DNA from: Bdellovibrionota bacterium
Lineage (GTDB): Bacteria; Bdellovibrionota_C; UBA2361; JBGSMV01
Assembly (NCBI GenBank): GCA_044356455.1
Contig: JBIKWF010000066.1
Location: forward strand, 1-23,572
Direction of reading: 5' to 3'
DNA length: 23,572 bases
Shown here: positions 9,032 through 17,260 of the stretch, one piece after another
Layout: every line of letters begins with the position of its first letter
Position numbering within the stretch: the stretch's first letter is position 1
Made by a program: the position numbers and the translations under genes
The notes under the pieces: model-generated
Databases searched by the model: none
Told to the model about the DNA's origin: nothing
What the model saw: only the letters and a program-made list of their open reading frames with translations

Positions 9032-10677
9032 TAGAGTCTCCCATCATTGAGCCAGTAGCGAATAAGCAGCGCGGCCTGTTGTGGGTTTTCCTTCACGATA
9101 CGTGAGTTCTCAGCCAGCATCTGTTCGAGCTGCTCAAGATCCACGGTAGGCTCATAGGTTGGCACCTGTGCTCGAGTACGCTCGGCATCAATTTCTTTTT
9201 CAAGATCTTGAATACCCGTTGGCAAGAGCCGAGAGAGATCAACCTCTGCTTCCGTAGGCGTAACAAGGAATTTCACGAGCGGCTTGACTATGACCATGAA
9301 GAACAGAAGGATGAAGAGAAGCGGGCCGGCTCGGAAGACCATATTAAAGATAAAATCTTGTGTTGCCTTGCCGCTCATTTCCTCGGTGAAATCATTATCG
9401 CCAGCATGGAACGCAATGTTTTCCACGGTGACGGTATCCCCGCGCGCCGAATCAAAGCCTACGGCACTCTTTACGACAGACTCGATACGTCCAATGGTTT
9501 CAGCGTCCAGTGCCTTAAACTCAGCTGGAGCATCGGCGGGCGCGTCGGGCTTCTTCTCATACGCTCCGTCGACAAGCACTGCCACCGAGAGGCGCGTGAG
9601 TCTACCGCGGGGCGATGAGGTCTTGCTCACCGCACGCGAGACTTCGTAGTTCTTGACCTCTTCCTTACGCTGCGACTCTTGGTCGCCCTGACCTTTAGGG
9701 GCAAGTAAGTTCGGGTCGTTGGTTAGATTTGCCGCGACTCCAGGAACTCCTCCGCGTTGTCCCGCGCCTGAGCCCTCGGAAACCGTTCTTTGTGAACGCA
9801 CCACTTGTCCACCTGGATCATAGCTCTCCTCTTCCCGTTCAGTCGACGAGAAGTCGAGGTCTGTAGAGACACGCGCAATCACCTTGTTAGGTCCCAAGAC
9901 TTTGGAGAGCATTTGCTCAATCCGCTGCACGAAGCCCTTCTCCATCTCGCGCTGATATTGAAGACGTGTAGCCTCCATCGTTAAGGCATCTTCATTCTCC
10001 TCATCCACTGAGAGGAGGTTCCCTCGTACGTCAATGAGGGTCACATTCTCTGATTTGAGGCCTTCTACCGACCCTGCAACAAGATTAGTAATCCCCTTCA
10101 CCTGAGCTTTGGTGAGCGCTCCACCGTTTTCGAGTTGCAGCATCACGGAGGCAGTCGGCTCACTTCCTCGCTTCGTAAAGACGCTTTTCTCCGGCTGGGC
10201 GAGATGGACGCGTGCGGAGCGCACGGCATCAAGTGAAGAAATCGTGCGTTCAAGTTCGCCTTGAATTGCCCTCTGAAACTTTATTTTCTCTTGAAAAGTC
10301 GTCGTTCCGAGATTCGTAGCCTCGAATATTTCGAGTCCCACGACGCCGCCTTGGGGAACGCCTTCTCCGGCAAGCTCGATGCGAAGCTCATGAACTACTT
10401 CGGGAGGAGACACGGCAATCGAAGAACCATCGCCGCGAACTTCATATTTAATTTTCTTTTCCTTGAGCTTGGTAATGACGCCGGCGGAGTCCGTGGGCTT
10501 GAGGTCAGAAAACAGCACCACGTAGTCAGGTTTGTTTGCCCAATTGGCAACCCATACTATTCCCGATACCGACCCCACAATCAGAAGCGGGAACATGATT
10601 TTCTGAATCAGCGGGAGCTTCATAAAGCTCTGCGTCAGCTGATTCAGCACAGCACTTGGATCAAACGTAGTTGCCAC
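9031..10677 (-). CDS. fliF: Flagellar MS-ring protein FliF
   Basis: RAIQGELERTI, SARVHLA, PTASVML, NYEVSR, RLSVAVLVDG, SAVGFDSARGD, AALLIRYWL; AGGAGA SD before a GTG start. Confidence 0.97.
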   Translation of the reverse strand: MATTFDPSAVLNQLTQSFMKLPLIQKIMFPLLIVGSVSGIVWVANWANKPDYVVLFSDLKPTDSAGVITKLKEKKIKYEVRGDGSSIAVSPPEVVHELRIELAGEGVPQGGVVGLEIFEATNLGTTTFQEKIKFQRAIQGELERTISSLDAVRSARVHLAQPEKSVFTKRGSEPTASVMLQLENGGALTKAQVKGITNLVAGSVEGLKSENVTLIDVRGNLLSVDEENEDALTMEATRLQYQREMEKGFVQRIEQMLSKVLGPNKVIARVSTDLDFSSTEREEESYDPGGQVVRSQRTVSEGSGAGQRGGVPGVAANLTNDPNLLAPKGQGDQESQRKEEVKNYEVSRAVSKTSSPRGRLTRLSVAVLVDGAYEKKPDAPADAPAEFKALDAETIGRIESVVKSAVGFDSARGDTVTVENIAFHAGDNDFTEEMSGKATQDFIFNMVFRAGPLLFILLFFMVIVKPLVKFLVTPTEAEVDLSRLLPTGIQDLEKEIDAERTRAQVPTYEPTVDLEQLEQMLAENSRIVKENPQQAALLIRYWLNDGRL

Positions 10678-10716
10678 AGCAGGGTCTCCTTAAATCGGGT
10701 ATTCTGAGTACGTGGG

Positions 10717-11040
10717 TTACACTTGCGTACGCATTACTTCTTCATACGCACGCACAATCTTGGCGCGTATGTTATTCATGAGCTGAAACGCGACATCCGC
10801 TTTTTCAAGCGCGATCATGGCGTCATGGGTTGTGGTTTCGTCCCTGCGCAGCACGAGGTCTTCAATTTTTGTATCGGCCGATTTCTGTAGCGAATCGACT
10901 TCCGATATCGCATTGGAGAACATCTTGCCAAAACTGACCTCTTTGGCGCTTCCGGCCTCTGCGGCATTCGGAATCTGCGAGGTTATCTTTTGAATCTCGG
11001 CGTACTTGGCGAGACCAGATTTAATTCCTTCAACGCTCAT
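10717..11040 (-). CDS. fliE: Flagellar hook-basal body protein FliE
   Basis: HDAMIALEKADVAFQLMNNIRAKIVRAYEEVMRTQV C-terminus. Confidence 0.95.
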   Translation of the reverse strand: MSVEGIKSGLAKYAEIQKITSQIPNAAEAGSAKEVSFGKMFSNAISEVDSLQKSADTKIEDLVLRRDETTTHDAMIALEKADVAFQLMNNIRAKIVRAYEEVMRTQV

Positions 11041-11052
11041 ACTTTAATTCCT

Positions 11053-11478
11053 TTACGCTTGTGAAAGTGATCGTGCATCTCGTGACATGCCGCGCACGGT
11101 ATCTACGGCAACCACATTGGCCTGATAAAGACGACTTGCACTCATCATGTCAGTCATCGTTGAAACAATGTTGATATTGGGATACGCCACATAACCGTCT
11201 TTGTTGGCATCAGGATGGCCGGGTTGAAAAACCATGCGAGGGGCGGACTGGTCTTCAACAACCGCCTGCACGGAAGGCGCCGCTAGCGACATACGGTCGA
11301 GCGCTGAGCCAAAATCAGGTCGAAAGTCATTAGCGACCTGAACGATGTCTTTTCGTTTATAAGGACCACCTTCAGAAGTTCGAGTTGTCTCGGCGTTCGC
11401 AATATTCGATGCGATGGTGTTGACGCGCAGACGCTGCACACTGAGTGAACGAGCCAGTACTTCGATAGGACTAGGCAT
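11053..11478 (-). CDS. flgC: Flagellar basal-body rod protein FlgC
   Basis: ASNIANAETTRT, GGPYKRK, PGHPDANKDGYVAYPNIN. Confidence 0.97.
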   Translation of the reverse strand: MPSPIEVLARSLSVQRLRVNTIASNIANAETTRTSEGGPYKRKDIVQVANDFRPDFGSALDRMSLAAPSVQAVVEDQSAPRMVFQPGHPDANKDGYVAYPNINIVSTMTDMMSASRLYQANVVAVDTVRGMSRDARSLSQA

Positions 11479-11485
11479 ACGCTAT

Positions 11486-11893
11486 CTATCTCCCTGATTC
11501 ACGAATGGCGAGTTTGAGCATCCCAAGCTTTTTGCGATAGGCGTCGGTTGCCATCGAGTACTGGCCTGAGTTGTAGGCGAGCCTCCCCATTTGAATATCG
11601 ATATCGACGTTGTTGCCGTCGGGTTTCGTAGCTCCACTTAAATCTGAGGCAAGGTGCGAGGCGCTATCGGTCGAGATATCAAGGTGTTTTGAACTCGTGC
11701 GAGCGATTGACTCACTGCTTTCGCCAAAGGCACGCGCCAACTCGCCGCCGAAGTTAAGGTCCACTGCTCGGTATTGCGGCGTTTCTGCATTCGCCACATT
11801 GCTGACGATGGCCTCATTGCGGCGCCACGTAAGGTCCATGGCCTTATGAAGGCCCGTGAGCGTCCGGTCAAAGAATCGATCGATGAAGGTCAT
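11486..11893 (-). CDS. flgB: Flagellar basal-body rod protein FlgB (start revised to ATG 11893, 135 aa)
   Basis: SNVANAETPQY and DGNNVDID motifs; AGGAG SD precedes ATG at 11893 (MTFIDRFF). Confidence 0.95.
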   Translation of the reverse strand: MTFIDRFFDRTLTGLHKAMDLTWRRNEAIVSNVANAETPQYRAVDLNFGGELARAFGESSESIARTSSKHLDISTDSASHLASDLSGATKPDGNNVDIDIQMGRLAYNSGQYSMATDAYRKKLGMLKLAIRESGR

Positions 11894-11930
11894 AAAAGCT
11901 CCTAAGTGGAGTTCTGCACCTCTGGTGAAT

Positions 11931-11946
11931 TGCAAGGAGCGTGCAC
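11931..11946 (-). promoter_or_regulatory. Sigma54-like -24/-12 element upstream of flgB (non-canonical -24)
   Basis: Minus strand GTGCACG-CTCC-TTGCA versus consensus TGGCACG-N4-TTGCW. Spacing is correct, but TG replaces GG. Confidence 0.45.
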
Positions 11947-12088
11947 AGGCAGGTGGGGGTGGTCCAGGCAATAGTTTCAAGGACTTAGCGTTTTCTGCCT
12001 CAAGGTATTCTGACGCAAGGAGTCAAGCTTTTGACGCATGAGAGCGCGCGGGATACTCACCTCTTAAGCACCTGATGAGAGTACCCGC

Positions 12089-12889
12089 ATGACTGAGAGC
12101 CCTCCCCACCGAACCGCGCGCCCCGCACCTTCCCAAGATGATGAGGGCTGCCCCGAGTGTCACAAGTCTCCAGCGACTTGCGTCTGCGATGTCCTCCCGA
12201 GTGCATCGCTCACTCCGCGGACAAGAGTTTTAATTCTTCAACATCCCCAAGAACCGGACAAAGTTCTCGGCAGTGCCCTGCTTGCACAGCGCGTGCTTAA
12301 GGGAGCGGTGCTTAAGACCGGCCTCTCGTGGCGAAATCTCTCGGCCGCTCTAGGCGAAGAAGCCACGTCCCAGCGCTGGGGAGTTCTTTTTCTTGGGACC
12401 CAAAAGAGTTCGGCCTCAACTGCGGGGAAAAAGCCGAAGGCAGCGGCCCCTCGCGAGGAGGAACCCTTAGATGTGCTGGAGTCGCCATCTGCTACTCAGC
12501 AAGAAGTCACCGTGCTCTCTCCCAAAGGTGGTCCGCGTGATGAGCAGGGTCTCGACGGAATTGTGGTGCTCGATGGCAACTGGAGACAAGCGAAGGCCCT
12601 CTGGTGGCGAAATGCCTGGCTTCTGAAGCTGAACCGGATCGTGCTGAGCCCCAAGAACCCTTCTCTCTATGGATCTTTGCGCCGAGAGCCGCGCCGGGAA
12701 AGTGTTTCATCTCTTGAGGCCATTGCGCTCTCACTTGGCGCGCTAGAAGAGTCCCCCGAGATCAAGAATGCGCTTCTGTCGCTTTTTAGAAAGTTTCTTC
12801 AGCGCTGCAGAGACTCAGGCGTGAAGCCTTCAGCTCCACCGAGGCACAAGGGAAGACCACGGCGCGGCCGCGCTCGCACCCCTAGGTAG
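12089..12889 (+). CDS. DTW-domain protein, putative tRNA-uridine aminocarboxypropyltransferase (TapT/YfiP-like)
   Basis: CPECHKSPATCVC, ILQHPQE, VVLDGNWRQAKAL, LRREP...SSLEA. Confidence 0.88.
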   Translation: MTESPPHRTARPAPSQDDEGCPECHKSPATCVCDVLPSASLTPRTRVLILQHPQEPDKVLGSALLAQRVLKGAVLKTGLSWRNLSAALGEEATSQRWGVLFLGTQKSSASTAGKKPKAAAPREEEPLDVLESPSATQQEVTVLSPKGGPRDEQGLDGIVVLDGNWRQAKALWWRNAWLLKLNRIVLSPKNPSLYGSLRREPRRESVSSLEAIALSLGALEESPEIKNALLSLFRKFLQRCRDSGVKPSAPPRHKGRPRRGRARTPR

Positions 12890-12911
12890 GGCGCCGCGTC
12901 CTCGCGGTGCC
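12890..12911. terminator. GC-rich hairpin between convergent genes
   Basis: GGCGCCGCG-TCCT-CGCGGTGCC immediately after the DTW gene stop; no clear U-tail. Confidence 0.35.
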
Positions 12912-13016
12912 GAAAGATCTCTCAAGTCCCTCGATTCTGCCGGAATTCTAGGGAGCCCTAAAAAATCCCACTCTGTGCACTCTGTGGTTGATTGAAATTG
13001 TTGAACAGCCGTGAAC

Positions 13017-13559
13017 TTACAGCTGCCGCGTCGAAGCGTGCGCAGTGCCGTTTTTCGAGGCAACGTGAGCCGCACCAGAAAGTTCCTTTGCCGCTTTTGA
13101 TTGGCCAGCTTTCTTTGCGGGCTTTGTGCTCTTCCACTTCTTTTCAAGGCGCTCGAGTACCCCGCCATAACGCTGCTCCGCCTGGTCGATTATTTGGGCC
13201 ATAATGAACTGCCCGTCTTCACTCAACTCGTAAGGCTGAGGGAACTGGGCCAGAATTGCAAAAATAATTTCCTTTTCGTCGATAACTTTGCCGACCGACT
13301 CGTGGATCAAGAGAGCCGTTTCCCCGAGGTTAAACACATAGTTGTGATCAATGGCTGCGCGAAAGATGCCAGCTAGCTCTTTAATTACGCGGTGAACCAG
13401 CGCCGGAGTTATCTCGCCTGGGAACTTCACAAAGCCATAACACCAGCAATCAATTTCGATTTCAAAAATTTCGTTGTATCTGTCTGCAACTTGCAGGGGG
13501 AATTCTTGCGCTGGGCTCGCGCTTGTATTGTCATCTTGATTTGACACTGCCCAGCTCAT
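13017..13559 (-). CDS. Hypothetical protein (180 aa)
   Basis: Protein-like globular core (EIEIDCWCYGFVKFPGEI...) with a K/A-rich tail; ATG 2 nt after the upstream stop. Confidence 0.75.
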   Translation of the reverse strand: MSWAVSNQDDNTSASPAQEFPLQVADRYNEIFEIEIDCWCYGFVKFPGEITPALVHRVIKELAGIFRAAIDHNYVFNLGETALLIHESVGKVIDEKEIIFAILAQFPQPYELSEDGQFIMAQIIDQAEQRYGGVLERLEKKWKSTKPAKKAGQSKAAKELSGAAHVASKNGTAHASTRQL

Positions 13560-13561
13560 GG

Positions 13562-13804
13562 TTACGCCGCCTTCCTGATCGCTGCTTCCCTGATCGCTGC
13601 CTTCCTGATCGCTGCCTCGGCTTCCAAATGTGCATTTCCTCCGTACTCTCCATTAATCTGCATGCGCGCCGCATCGACGAAGGCTCTTAGCTGGCCAAAG
13701 CTCGTCTCGGTTGAGTAACCTTTGATCGTCCCTTCAGGACGTTGTATCTTGAGGCCCTCTAAGTGTTGGGCAGGGTGCTGTGCATTATTTGTGGTTTTGA
13801 TCAT
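13562..13804 (-). CDS. Hypothetical small protein (80 aa) with AAIR(K/E) repeats
   Basis: GGAGAAGAGG SD before ATG; closely coupled to the downstream ORF. Confidence 0.65.
   Translation of the reverse strand: MIKTTNNAQHPAQHLEGLKIQRPEGTIKGYSTETSFGQLRAFVDAARMQINGEYGGNAHLEAEAAIRKAAIREAAIRKAA
13569..13613. repeat. 3 x 15-bp in-frame tandem repeat
   Basis: GCCTTCCTGATCGCT / GCTTCCCTGATCGCT / GCCTTCCTGATCGCT. Confidence 0.9.
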
Positions 13805-14042
13805 AGCTTACCTCTTCTCCCCATATCGGCGAGATGAAGAATCCTGCTTCAGGGCCTAACTATCTGTAATTATTGACCTGCGGCTCTTTCTAGAGATGTT
13901 TGCAGGGAAAATGCGTAGCTCTCGAGGCCGATCTCGAACCCACGACCATGGGAGATGGAGCCCCCTCTAAGCCTAATCGCTCGCCAATAGGTGAACCATT
14001 GCTGGGAAGACGTTTCGTGGGGGAGCACCACTCATGCGCCTG

Positions 14043-14062
14043 AGTTGATGTCGTATCCCTCA
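14043..14062. repeat. 20-bp direct repeat of the sthA 3' end (left copy, att-like)
   Basis: AGTTGATGTCGTATCCCTCA versus AGTTGATGTCGTATTCCTCA at 19085-19104 (19/20). Confidence 0.8.
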
Positions 14063-14350
14063 CCTTTTTCTCTCTGAGGCCTCGCGCGACGTAACCATCC
14101 GTGACCATTCATCCTCGCTTGGCATCTACCCAGTATTTCGCGCCTTTTAGTGGCCCATTCGAGAACAAAACAGATCTGGATGGAGCTATGGTGGAGCGGG
14201 AATAGCTCATGGAGTGCCTAAAGATAGTGCAGGGATGAGCATTCTTTACGCTATCGAAGCATCAAAGAACGCTAAACTGCCGCATTCAGATCTGCGGCGC
14301 CAGTCGTTTCAACAGCTTAGAGTGCGCCACGTCTCAGAGACAAATGGTGG
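14063..14350. mobile_element. 288-bp MITE/REPIN-like element, copy 1 (family A)
   Basis: Direct repeat of 18766-19053 (7 substitutions and no indels by manual alignment); inverted ends TTTCTCTCTGAGGC ... GTCTCAGAGACAAA; internal hairpins. Confidence 0.8.
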
Positions 14351-14480
14351 GCAGCATTTTGCAGGTTACTATACGTCATTGCAGGTTCGACCCCCATGCA
14401 AGTTAACAGAAATTCGATTGGTCTATGCCTAAGGTTAGCAGAATCCACTCAACTTCGTGCAAGGTTGGGGCGTACCAATT

Positions 14481-14645
14481 GGGACCGGCCTCGCTGATCA
14501 GAGCAACAGCGAGCTCCGTAGACTCGTCGAACAGGGAGGTGTCTCGATCGGCGGAACAAAGATCGCTGATCCAGCGACTACGATTAAACTATCGGTAGAT
14601 GGCCTGCTTCAGGTCGGAAAGCGGAATTGGTTTAAACTGAATAAG
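14481..14645 (+). pseudogene. tyrS: 3'-terminal fragment of tyrosyl-tRNA synthetase (S4-like domain)
   Basis: GLADQSNSELRRLVEQGGVSIGGTKIADP...LLQVGKRNWFKL matches the TyrRS C-terminal S4 pattern; no catalytic domain or credible start upstream. Confidence 0.8.
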
Positions 14646-14653
14646 CAGAATCG

Positions 14654-14750
14654 CCCGCGGCCTTGTCCACCTCAACATTCTCAAGCCTTCCGCGAGGGGC
14701 TGTTCCAGTGAGTTCAGTGAGTTAGATTGAAAATAGTTGGGGTGAACAAG
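14654..14750. repeat. 97-bp palindromic element, copy 1 (family B)
   Basis: CTTGTCCACCTCAAC-ATTCTCA ... TGAAAAT-A-GTTGGGGTGAACAAG; 86/97 identical to 16711-16807. Confidence 0.9.
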
Positions 14751-14827
14751 ACGTGAGGTTACGCTGTGCCAACTTCTCTCCATAACCGTGCTGCAACCCG
14801 ATTGAGGGATTAGAATAGGCGGCGATT

Positions 14828-16657
14828 ATGGGAATAGAACCTTCGAGGCGGCCGTCTGACCATCTTACTGTCGACAGAGTGGCCACAATTCTAGATTCGA
14901 TCCCACTTGTTGGCCCCACCTTGCCTGCGCATATCCCTATCGAAACGCGAGAACGGCCGACAATTGATGCCGTCAATAACCTCATTAAAGAATGGCAGAA
15001 TGAAAGGATTCGCGCCGAATTGCAATCTACCCTATCGACCATAAACAATGTGCGCAATCCATCCGAACTCGGGACCTTGGTTGACTACCTTACCAGATGC
15101 CCCAAAGAGCGAAGCAGTTTCATCATTACCGGCCCTGGATTTTCTGATTCCGTTAGCTTTGAAAGACGAATCCAGACTCCCTGCGGAGAACTTGAGAGGG
15201 GCACGAAAGTTGTACAAGACATCATTGATTTCAGCGCATCCATGACCGAACGGATACTAAATCTTCCGGAAGGCAAGGCAAAGGAGACTGCGTTAAGGGT
15301 GAACGAGTTCCCGCGCGGGTGGCAAGCTGCGCTAGAGCAGATCAAGACTCAGAGTGACGATGATTCGAGAGACGAAGCGATGCGGCTCGTCCGCCGGATC
15401 GGTCTCCACTACGAGGTTACTCGAATCAGAGTTGAGGCTGAAAATTTTCGCTACAACCCCGTGAGCTCGCTAGCCTTCAATGGGAATCCATTTTTTCTCA
15501 TAGAAAAAGCGGCGTCCAAGATTAAGGACGAACTGATGCGCCATCCAGCGAAGTTAGATCCGGACACGGTTCGCCATGTAACCGACACTTATCGCGACGA
15601 TATGGTTAGGCGCGTTATAGAAAGCCCAGATCCTGAGGGCGAGATGCGCTGTCAGGAACTTCTTTCGTACGGATTCCGAAATCAACAGGGTGGCATCGGA
15701 TCACTTTTGGCCATGCGTAAGGTTAGCGTGCGAGAGGTAACCCATCTCGCTAAGAAGCAAGACGCAGTCGCATGGACTGCCGATGAAACACAATCCTATC
15801 CGACTACCAATGAGATTATCGTGGAGACAACGCCACTTGTGTTGTGCGCAGAGTCTTTCGAGGATACAGAGAGGCTGAGGTCGTTCTCGGCCGAAATTGA
15901 GACCATTTGGAGTGGGATTGTCGACCCCAGACGGAAGATGAGAGACATCACTGATGACGAGCTTCATCGGACCGCTCCTGCCCTACTCGCCGCAGTCGAA
16001 GATTACTATCCGGGAGTGTCCGATATTCTCGCCGGAGTTGCGAGCCAACTGACCTTCGCTCCAGTCAAGGAATGGCCTGCCGCCATGCAGATCGCCAATT
16101 TCATCGGGCTCTTTGAAGAACTACGGGAGGAACTTAGCACGATGGATCGCGAGGGGCGGCAACGAGTTGCTGAGTGGCTATCGGCTCTCACGGCACCCCA
16201 AGAACAAACAACCTTAATCGACCTGGCGGAAACACTCCCTGTTTGGACAGCGGTGGGCAGTGCGCCAGCTCAAGCCACTCCAGTACTTGGCGATCTCCTT
16301 GCGCTCGCGGAGAGTAACCCAGTCTTCTATCGTGGCTCAAAATCGACTCTTCACGCTGCATTCACTCTCCTGACACCCCAGGGAGTTGAAACCGTTGAGC
16401 AGTTGATTGAAGAGCGACTCCTCGCTGTTGATGGTGTTACCCCCTCAAGTGTACTTGCTATGAATACTCGTTCGGTCGAGGACATCCGCAAATTCATAAA
16501 CCAGCAGGTGGACGCTATTCCGCCGAAGGCTACGACGCGAGAAGTTGAAAAGCGGGGGCTACTTCGTCTTTATAATTTCGAGAACCCCGACGCCGACTGG
16601 AACGCAGCGACCGCCCTCGCGACTTCAAGTCCATTGTGGGCGAAACTGGTCGATTAG
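14828..16657 (+). CDS. Hypothetical protein (609 aa), no recognised family
   Basis: Long uninterrupted ORF with ATG start; appears soluble and helical; no motif recognised. Confidence 0.8.
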   Translation: MGIEPSRRPSDHLTVDRVATILDSIPLVGPTLPAHIPIETRERPTIDAVNNLIKEWQNERIRAELQSTLSTINNVRNPSELGTLVDYLTRCPKERSSFIITGPGFSDSVSFERRIQTPCGELERGTKVVQDIIDFSASMTERILNLPEGKAKETALRVNEFPRGWQAALEQIKTQSDDDSRDEAMRLVRRIGLHYEVTRIRVEAENFRYNPVSSLAFNGNPFFLIEKAASKIKDELMRHPAKLDPDTVRHVTDTYRDDMVRRVIESPDPEGEMRCQELLSYGFRNQQGGIGSLLAMRKVSVREVTHLAKKQDAVAWTADETQSYPTTNEIIVETTPLVLCAESFEDTERLRSFSAEIETIWSGIVDPRRKMRDITDDELHRTAPALLAAVEDYYPGVSDILAGVASQLTFAPVKEWPAAMQIANFIGLFEELREELSTMDREGRQRVAEWLSALTAPQEQTTLIDLAETLPVWTAVGSAPAQATPVLGDLLALAESNPVFYRGSKSTLHAAFTLLTPQGVETVEQLIEERLLAVDGVTPSSVLAMNTRSVEDIRKFINQQVDAIPPKATTREVEKRGLLRLYNFENPDADWNAATALATSSPLWAKLVD

Positions 16658-16710
16658 AAAGAGTTTGCTCGTGTCGTAGAGCTCAAGTCATCAATGCGAG
16701 TTTCATAGCT

Positions 16711-16807
16711 CCCGCGGCCTTGTCCACCTCAACATTCTCAGTCCTCCCGCGAGGGTCAGCTCCAGTGATCTCAGTGCATTAGATTGAAAATAGTTGGGGT
16801 GGACAAG
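16711..16807. repeat. 97-bp palindromic element, copy 2 (family B)
   Basis: CTTGTCCACCTCAAC ... GTTGGGGTGGACAAG arms; same orientation as copy 1. Confidence 0.9.
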
Positions 16808-17260
16808 GGCGATGGAGGCCGCCTGTCGCAGCACCCTTCCGTTCACACGGTTCATGCCACTTCAATACGCTTACAGCATTCTACTGCCCATAACCAAGAT
16901 TGCTCCATCAGCTCATATGGTTAAATTGAGTTAACTATCCTTCTAAGTTTCCGCAGTTACGAGACGATGGGTCGGTCTCTCAGTTAACTCAGACGAGGAT
17001 TGTCTTAGATCAAGACGCTGGTAGCGCCATCAAAGGCCCGGGCAGAGCAGATGTAATTATGGGCAGAGGCGCAGGCGGCAGCTAATCGGCCGTATGAAAC
17101 GGGTGAGTTGTATTACCTATTGCTGAAGAAGTAGCGCCCGACATTCGCACATTAAATTAAAAGCTTCACAATAGTTAGGGGAACAGTTCGACTTTCGCTT
17201 TAGTAGAGTCGGACCCAATGTTATCCTATTGGGCTGGTGCTTAATTAAAGCTTGGCGCAA

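Noticed and set aside
5488..11893. Non-flagellar type III injectisome
   Set aside because: flgB, flgC, fliE and a full-length FliF are flagellum-specific.
11894..11980. N-terminal extension of flgB in the ORF track
   Set aside because: The SD and typical FlgB length support ATG 11893, and the extension overlaps the putative promoter.
13569..13613. CRISPR array, here or at the other repeats
   Set aside because: There are no unique spacers between regularly spaced repeats and no cas genes.
13890..14432. Short ORFs 13890-14108 and 14214-14432, and their twins 18617-18811 and 18854-19078
   Set aside because: They share sequence only because they overlap the 288-bp repeat; they diverge at the repeat boundaries and show no transposase motifs.
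14654..16807. Canonical integron attC sites
   Set aside because: The cores CCTCAAC/GTTGGGG miss the RYYYAAC/GTTRRRY consensus, pairing extends well beyond the core, and no intI is in the window. Retained only as an analogy.
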